Assembly (NCBI GenBank): GCA_965208105.1
Contig: OZ242318.1
Coordinates: 544,001 to 608,000 of the forward strand
Direction of reading: 5' to 3'
From: Candidatus Latescibacterota bacterium
GTDB taxonomy: Bacteria; Latescibacterota; UBA2968; UBA8231
DNA length: 64,000 bases
Part shown: piece after piece, positions 58,096 to 64,000 of the stretch
Position numbering within the stretch: the first letter of the stretch is position 1
How the letters are laid out: every line of letters starts with the position of its first letter
Notes under the pieces: generated by a model
The model's database searches: none
What the model saw: only the letters and a program-made list of their open reading frames with translations
Told to the model about the DNA's origin: nothing
Translations under genes and position numbers: made by a program

Positions 58096-58566
58096 ATGGA
58101 CAACGCCGTTTTTCCCGCCATAGTTGATCTCCTCGACCGGCACTCGGTCTCCTACCGCCAGCTACAGCACGCCCCCACCTCGACCTCGGCAGAGTCCGCC
58201 GAGGCCAGGGGGGAAGACCTTGCGGTGGGCGGCAAAGCCCTTGTGCTCAAGGTGGATGATCGCTTCAGTCTCTTCGTCCTCAGCGCCGCCCTCAAGGTAG
58301 ATTCGGCCAAAATCAAGAGGTTCTTCGGCGCACGCCGGCTGCAGTTCGCCACTCCCGAGGAGTTGTTCCAACTCACCGGGCTCGTCCCCGGAGCCGTGCC
58401 CCCTTTCGGCGATCCAATCACTCCCTTCGAACTATACGTGGATCCTTCCATCGGGCAAAACGAGAGAATCGCCTTCAACGCCGGCTCTCTCACCGACTCC
58501 CTCGTCATGCAGGCTCGGGAGTACCTCGATCTCGCCGGTGCCACCATGTTCGAATTTTCCAAGTAG
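58096..58566 (+). CDS. YbaK/ProX aminoacyl-tRNA deacylase family
   Basis: GGKALVLK, TGLVPGAVPPFG, IAFNAG. Confidence 0.88.
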   Translation: MDNAVFPAIVDLLDRHSVSYRQLQHAPTSTSAESAEARGEDLAVGGKALVLKVDDRFSLFVLSAALKVDSAKIKRFFGARRLQFATPEELFQLTGLVPGAVPPFGDPITPFELYVDPSIGQNERIAFNAGSLTDSLVMQAREYLDLAGATMFEFSK

Positions 58567-58576
58567 AAGGAGACCC

Positions 58577-59224
58577 ATGAAGGAGATAATGCCGGGGGTA
58601 TTTCAGTGGAGGGTGGTCTGGCCCGGGGTGTGGTCGCTGGAGTCCTACTGGCTACGCACCGAGTCCGGCAGCGTAGTCATCGACCCTCTCGAGGGCGGAG
58701 GCGCCAGTGCCATCGAAAGCGCCGGTGATGTCCGCGCCATCGTGCTGACCGTCGGCTGGCACGAGCGCGCCGCCCGCCTCTTCGCCACCCGCACCGGGGC
58801 GCCGGTCTTCCTTCCCGCCGCGGACATCTGCATGATCGAAGACCTGGAATCCTGGGAACCCTACGGGGCCGGCGACCAACTGCCTTGCGGGCTGGAGGCC
58901 ATAGCGGTTCCCGGACTCACCCGCGGCGAACATGCCCTGCTCTCACACCTCCACGACGGCACCCTCCTGGTCGGGGACGCCCTGGGCACTACCGCCAAGT
59001 GGGCGCCGGGCGGCATTCCCCTCGGCGCCCATCCCAACGGGCATCCACGGCCCTGGGAAACCCTGTCTCACCTGCTCGACCGGGACTTCGACAACCTTCT
59101 GCCGGGACATGGCGACGCCATAGTGGGAGGGGCGAAGGACAGGCTCCGGGAGATGTTCGAAGCCCGGCGCAGCACCTCCACCGCTCCGCCCAGGGTCTCC
59201 TACTTTCCCCTGAAGCCCGTGTAG
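58577..59224 (+). CDS. MBL-fold protein
   Basis: VVIDP, LTVGWHER (degenerate HxHxDH), LVGDAL, LLPGHG. Confidence 0.75.
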   Translation: MKEIMPGVFQWRVVWPGVWSLESYWLRTESGSVVIDPLEGGGASAIESAGDVRAIVLTVGWHERAARLFATRTGAPVFLPAADICMIEDLESWEPYGAGDQLPCGLEAIAVPGLTRGEHALLSHLHDGTLLVGDALGTTAKWAPGGIPLGAHPNGHPRPWETLSHLLDRDFDNLLPGHGDAIVGGAKDRLREMFEARRSTSTAPPRVSYFPLKPV

Positions 59225-59246
59225 GTCGCCGCCGGGGGATGGCCCC

Positions 59247-60083
59247 TCAGGCGATTATCCTATGTTTTCCTGAATACAGGTTGCAGCCGCGGCCGCGCAG
59301 AAATCCCACCAGGGTCATGCCCGCCTCCCGCGCCATGTCCACGGCCAGGCTCGAGGGTGCGGACACGGCGGCCACCATGGGGATGCCTGCTACCAGGGCC
59401 TTCTGCACGATCTCGAAGCTGGTGCGCCCGCTGACCATGAGGATGGAGCGCGCCGGAGGCGTCCGGTTTTTGAGTATGAACGACCCCACCACCTTGTCCA
59501 CCGCATTGTGCCGTCCCACGTCCTCGCGCAGCACCAGCAACTTGCCGCGGGGATCGAAGAGCGCGGCGGCGTGCAGGGATCCGGTCTGCTCGAAAACCGC
59601 CTGGGCCGCGCGCAGCTTCTCGTCGAGGCCATAGAGCACCTCCAGCTCGACCTGAAAATCCGCCTCCAGGCGAGGAGCCCGGGTCCATATGGCCTCGATG
59701 CTGGCCTTGCCGCAGACTCCGCAACTGGACGAAGCATAAAAATTGCGCTTCAGTTGGCCGCGATCGAAATTCACCCCGGAGGCCAGGCGCACCTCGACGA
59801 TGTTTTCCAGGTTGGGCGGTTGCGCCGCGCTGCAGTAGGAGATGGTGCCGATGTCGCCGGGAGCGCGGATCAACCCCTCGGTGTAGAGAAATCCGGCAGC
59901 CAGGTCGAAGTCGTCCCGCGGTGTGCGCATGACCACCGCGATGGCCTCCTGGTCCAGGCGGATCTCCAGGGGCTCCTCCACCGTGACCTGGTCCTGGCGC
60001 TCCCGCTCCTGGCGATCCTTGTAGCGCACGATGGACTGGGGGAGCAGCCGTCTCTGGCGCCCGGTTGCAGATTCGTCGCTCAT
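59247..60083 (-). CDS. fdhD: Formate dehydrogenase accessory sulfurtransferase
   Basis: VEEPLEI, MRTP, SSSCGVCGK, TGSLHAAA, REDVGRHNAVDK, SAPSSLAV. Confidence 0.95.
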   Translation of the reverse strand: MSDESATGRQRRLLPQSIVRYKDRQERERQDQVTVEEPLEIRLDQEAIAVVMRTPRDDFDLAAGFLYTEGLIRAPGDIGTISYCSAAQPPNLENIVEVRLASGVNFDRGQLKRNFYASSSCGVCGKASIEAIWTRAPRLEADFQVELEVLYGLDEKLRAAQAVFEQTGSLHAAALFDPRGKLLVLREDVGRHNAVDKVVGSFILKNRTPPARSILMVSGRTSFEIVQKALVAGIPMVAAVSAPSSLAVDMAREAGMTLVGFLRGRGCNLYSGKHRIIA

Positions 60084-61538
60084 CTAGATGAACCCCAATC
60101 GCCGCGGTCCCCTGTCCATGGCCAGCGTGGAGGCGTCGTAGCTGCGCTGCATGAGGTCCAGCTTGAGGGGCTGGGCTTCAGCTTCGTCCCACATATTCTC
60201 GAACTCCTCGGGGTCCTCCTCCAAATCGTAGAGTTCGCCGAGCCCGTGGCCGTGGTAGAGCACCAGCTTGTAGCGCTCGTCCCGGTACATGGTGGCGAAG
60301 GTGTGGTCCGGCTCCTCGAGGGCGTCATAGTACTCGCAGCGGACAAAATCGCGATGGCGGCCGGGGTCGGCGTCGCCCCGCAGAATGGGCAGCAGGGATT
60401 TGCCCTGCATGCGCTCGGGGACGCTCATCCCCGCCAGCTCCAGCAGCGTCGGCGCCTTGTCGGTGAGCTCGACCAGGGCATTGCTGCGGAGGTCCTCGCG
60501 CAGATGGCCGGGCCAGGAGAAGATCAGCGGCACCCGCACCAGGCCCTCGTAGAACCTGCATCCCTTCTGTATGAGTCCGTGGTCCCCCAGCATCTCCCCG
60601 TGGTCGCTGGTGAAGATGATCAGGGTACTATCGCGCTGGCCAGTTTCCTCCAGGGCGTCCAGCACGCGGCCCAGCTGGTCGTCGATCTGCCTGATCATGG
60701 CGTAGTAGGCCGCCTGCAACGTTGGCGCGTCGCGCCTGCCCGCCACCGATCCCGCCGGCCACTGCTTCAGTCCCGGAGGTTTCGGCAACACCGGGTCTGC
60801 GATGTCCAGCTCTTCCGGCCGCCGCCCGCGGGACTGGAAGTCGATGGCCGCCAACACCTCCTGCTGGGCCAGATCGCTCGGGCGAAAGAGGGGTCCGGGC
60901 ATCCGTCCCGGGTCGAAGAGGTCCCGGTAGGCTCGCGGTGGATTGAAGAAGGGGTGGGGATCGTAGATATTCACGCTGGCCAGCCACGGTCCGTCGCGCT
61001 TCTGGCGCATGAACTCGATGGTCTTCTCGGCGCACCAGGTGGTCTGGTGCAACTCCGGCGGCACCCCTTCCGGGTCCTTCAACAACTCCCCCAGCACCTC
61101 CCCCCTGGAGCGCACCCAGTCGGCGTAGCCATGCCCGATGGGCCAATCGTCACGCGGCGCGTGACTGTACTCCCAGTAGCGGTAGCCGTCGTCGGTCCTG
61201 ACCTCTATGCGGCCATAGGAAGAGGTAAGATGGAGCTTGCCGATCAGCCCGCAGTCGTAGCCGCCGGAGGCCAGAAGCCGGGTGACCAGGGGCGGGTGGT
61301 CCGCCGGCAGGGCGGCCGCTCCGTTGCCGTTGACGTGCACTGCGCTTGCATACAGCCCGGTCATGAAGCTCACCCGGCTGGGGGTGCAGATGGGGCTCTG
61401 GCAGTAGGCGCGCTCGAAGGCCGTTCCCTCGCGGACAAGGCGGTCGATGTTGGGGGTAGAAACATGAGGGTTGCCCAGGGCCCCTATGGTGTCGTAGCGT
61501 TGCTGGTCGGTGCAAATCCACAGAATGTTGGGTCTCAA
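60084..61538 (-). CDS. Sulfatase (formylglycine-dependent, choline/aryl-sulfatase-like)
   Basis: PNILWICTDQQR, CTPSR (CxPxR), GKLH, FTSDHGEMLGDHG, ELYDLEEDPEE; TTG start. Confidence 0.93.
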   Translation of the reverse strand: MRPNILWICTDQQRYDTIGALGNPHVSTPNIDRLVREGTAFERAYCQSPICTPSRVSFMTGLYASAVHVNGNGAAALPADHPPLVTRLLASGGYDCGLIGKLHLTSSYGRIEVRTDDGYRYWEYSHAPRDDWPIGHGYADWVRSRGEVLGELLKDPEGVPPELHQTTWCAEKTIEFMRQKRDGPWLASVNIYDPHPFFNPPRAYRDLFDPGRMPGPLFRPSDLAQQEVLAAIDFQSRGRRPEELDIADPVLPKPPGLKQWPAGSVAGRRDAPTLQAAYYAMIRQIDDQLGRVLDALEETGQRDSTLIIFTSDHGEMLGDHGLIQKGCRFYEGLVRVPLIFSWPGHLREDLRSNALVELTDKAPTLLELAGMSVPERMQGKSLLPILRGDADPGRHRDFVRCEYYDALEEPDHTFATMYRDERYKLVLYHGHGLGELYDLEEDPEEFENMWDEAEAQPLKLDLMQRSYDASTLAMDRGPRRLGFI

Positions 61539-62006
61539 CAGCCTCTCCTTTCAACGGTTCGCAGAGCAGACCTTCTCAATTTACGGGTGCCGATCGGCAG
61601 GGGCAATCCAACGAGGCGCGCCGCCCCGGTGACCTGAACCCGGCCGGTTCTTGCAGAGTGCCGCCGGAAATTTGCCTCCACCGACGCGACACACTCTCGG
61701 GGCCGGCCAGGTTCATGCCGGGTTGCAACCGCTTGCAGGCATGTATGCTACCCCTTGCAGGGCGACCTGACAAGGACGCGAAAGGCAAGGATTCTGGACA
61801 TTCCATATGCTAACCTTTTGATTTATCCTGGTCCATCCGGCCGGAAGGGCTTCACAGGAACTCCCCGACCTGCCCGGACATTCCGGTTAGAGGACCGGGA
61901 ACCAGTGGAGGCTCCGCCTGGAACGCTCAGCCGGGCGCCCTTCCGAGCGGCCACCCCATCAGCGGTGGCCGCATCTGAATTGTCCGGACCGATTGCACAG
62001 TTCAAA

Positions 62007-63428
62007 ATGACCTGCAAACGCCACCATAGCCGGCGGTTCCTCTGCGAGATCCTGCTGACCTGTTCCCCGCTGCTGCTGGTTGCATGCAGCAAGGACAGTC
62101 CCACCGGGCCGCCGCCGGCCGGACAGGTGGAGGCTGCTGCTTCCAGGGTCGCATCGATCCTGACTCTTTCGGGAGCAGGACAGCGGGCCCTCCGCGGCTC
62201 CCCCCTGAGAGAACCCATCGTGGTACGGGTCTTGGACGAGGAAGGACAACCCGTGTCCGGCGCCGGGGTTGCCTTCCGGCCCGAGGCCGGCCACGGTACG
62301 GCGCATCCCGATTCGGTCACCAGCGGCCCCGACGGCCGGGCCGCTTCAACCTGGATTCTTGGCCCCGATCCGGGAACTCAGACCCTCCTCGTTTCCGCTG
62401 CCGGCCAGGTCATCGAGGTGGGCGCACGGGCCCTCGACCTGGAAGCCGAGCTGGACAGCCTGTTCGCCGCGCCGCGCCATTCCGAGGTGGCGGCCATCCG
62501 CTCCGACTGGCGAGCCCGCGGCCTTGGCGCCGACCAGGTGGCCTTCGAGCTGGAGGAGGAGTTCTCCCTGGCGGGGTCGGCAGCTACCTTGCGCATAGTA
62601 TCGCACCGGGTAGCGGGAGTAAGCCACATCGGCGCGATTATCGAACCCCGTGGGGCGGTTCGAGAGAGCCTTCCCGTCCTGGTCTTCGCCCACGGAGGAG
62701 ACGACGGCCTTGCTCTCGGGTCCACCATGCAAATCCTGGCCATGTTCCTGGGAGAGCTGCGGGACGATTTCGTCTACGTGCTCCCCTCATTCCGCGGCGA
62801 ACCGCTGGCCTACGGCGATCGCATCTGGGCGTCCGAAGGCCCCGCCAGCCCCTGGAACTACGACGTCGACGACGCCCTCTCCCTTGTCAACGTCGCCATG
62901 GAAACCGCGCCTGCAGCAATCCGGGGCCGCTACGGCGTGATCGGCGTCAGCCGGGGAGCCGGGGTGGCGCTGCTGATGGGGGCGCGGGACCCCCGCATCC
63001 AACGGATCGTCGCCTTCTTCGGTCCCACCGACATGCTCAACTCGTGGGCGCGGGACATCGCCAGGGTCCTGGTCATGGGAGGAACTGTCCACAAGCCGGG
63101 AGTCGAGTATCTTCGCACCACCCTCATCGAGCCCTGGTGGGTCGGCGCCCTCTCCCTTGCGGAGATCCGCCTGGAGCTCATTCGCCGCTCGCCGGTCTAC
63201 TTCGCCGCCGACCTCCCCCCGATGCAGCTCCACCACGGCGATGCCGACGCCGTGGTTTCAGTCTCCCAGGCCCGGTCGCTGATGCAGGCCATGAAGGCGC
63301 TCGACCGTGGACCGCCCGACTTCGAGGTCTTCATCTACAAAGGGGGTACACACGACATCCTTTCCCTCGCCGGGGCCATTCCCCGCGCCATAGCATTTTT
63401 CGCCGCCCTCCTCGAAAAAGGGGGTTAG
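62007..63428 (+). CDS. Lipoprotein with a bacterial Ig-like domain and an S9-type alpha/beta-hydrolase domain
   Basis: LVAC lipobox, VVRVLDEEGQPVSGAGVAF Ig motif, FAHGG, GVSRG nucleophile, HHGDADAVV, GGTH. Confidence 0.8.
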   Translation: MTCKRHHSRRFLCEILLTCSPLLLVACSKDSPTGPPPAGQVEAAASRVASILTLSGAGQRALRGSPLREPIVVRVLDEEGQPVSGAGVAFRPEAGHGTAHPDSVTSGPDGRAASTWILGPDPGTQTLLVSAAGQVIEVGARALDLEAELDSLFAAPRHSEVAAIRSDWRARGLGADQVAFELEEEFSLAGSAATLRIVSHRVAGVSHIGAIIEPRGAVRESLPVLVFAHGGDDGLALGSTMQILAMFLGELRDDFVYVLPSFRGEPLAYGDRIWASEGPASPWNYDVDDALSLVNVAMETAPAAIRGRYGVIGVSRGAGVALLMGARDPRIQRIVAFFGPTDMLNSWARDIARVLVMGGTVHKPGVEYLRTTLIEPWWVGALSLAEIRLELIRRSPVYFAADLPPMQLHHGDADAVVSVSQARSLMQAMKALDRGPPDFEVFIYKGGTHDILSLAGAIPRAIAFFAALLEKGG

Positions 63429-63504
63429 CGAGGGAAACGAGGCCCCTTGCTGCACATTTCCCGACGGGAACCGGCCTGAACCCCGCGGCCGGCCCGGCGC
63501 CGTC

Positions 63505-64000
63505 TCAGCTTATTCCGGACAGGAGCTCGAGGGCAAAGGCGGGGATGGTGGAATCGGCGCCGGTCTCGAGGTGCTCGAAGGAATGATAAACCTCCGCCCT
63601 CAGACCCGCCCGCCTGGCGGCCTCGACGTTCTCGGCACGGTCGTCGACGAAGAAAAGCTGGCAGGCTTCGTGGCCTGACGCCTCGATCAAGCTGCGGTAT
63701 ATCTCCGGCTGTGGCTTCACGACTCCCACTTCGCAGGAGAAAACGCCGAAGTCGAAATCCCTCCACCAGGAGAAACGCCGGCTGCAATGATCGAGCACAT
63801 CCTTCGGCAGATTCGACAGAATACCGACGGGAAACCCCGTCTGGCGCAGCCGCTCGATCCAGGTCAGAATGCGGCCATCGCAGACCGACCAGCTCCTGGC
63901 ATCCTCCTCGACGAGGCGATCCAGAAGGCGGGCGGGCGGTTCTTCAATCCAACCCGAGAGAGTCTTCCTCCAGTACTCTCTTCCGGTGAGGCCGCCGGCG
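63505..64000 (-). CDS. HAD family phosphatase, 5' end outside the window
   Basis: GILSN, FSCEVGVVKPQPEIY, FVDDRAENVEAARRAG. Confidence 0.85.
   Translation of the reverse strand, partial: AGGLTGREYWRKTLSGWIEEPPARLLDRLVEEDARSWSVCDGRILTWIERLRQTGFPVGILSNLPKDVLDHCSRRFSWWRDFDFGVFSCEVGVVKPQPEIYRSLIEASGHEACQLFFVDDRAENVEAARRAGLRAEVYHSFEHLETGADSTIPAFALELLSGIS

Noticed and set aside
61842-61945. tRNA-Sec on the minus strand (begins GGAAG, ends CTTCCG)
   Set aside because: No UCA anticodon loop and no TTCGA T-loop; the resemblance is superficial.

Overview
GC-rich bacterial chromosomal region, densely coding with about 47 CDSs and no rRNA, tRNA, CRISPR array or transposase recognised. Housekeeping and nitrogen genes are glnE (partial), glnB, thrS, ferritin, fdhD and an ABC-F ATPase. 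There is a small glycan-modification operon (rfbA, PIG-L deacetylase, WbqC, GT4) and many catabolic enzymes: five PhyH-type Fe(II)/2OG oxygenases, a sulfatase, amidohydrolases, GGT, an enolase-superfamily enzyme and an SDR. The gene content and a C-terminal 'TSWGDVK' motif suggest a Latescibacterota/Poribacteria-like organism (inference only). Strongest signals not evident from the ORF track: (1) an ArsC-family selenoprotein with an in-frame UGA (UxxC) and a SECIS-like hairpin; (2) an orphan, divergent SecY paralog lacking the GIRPG motif and fused to a DUF2007-like domain; (3) a candidate Thr leader-peptide attenuator before thrS; (4) a MITE with terminal inverted repeats plus remnants sitting on CTAG stop codons; (5) an HxG-variant 2OG oxygenase (halogenase candidate); (6) a probably leaderless, SOS-box-like promoter on an SPL-like radical SAM gene; (7) a frameshifted DUF5916 gene and a PhyH gene remnant.
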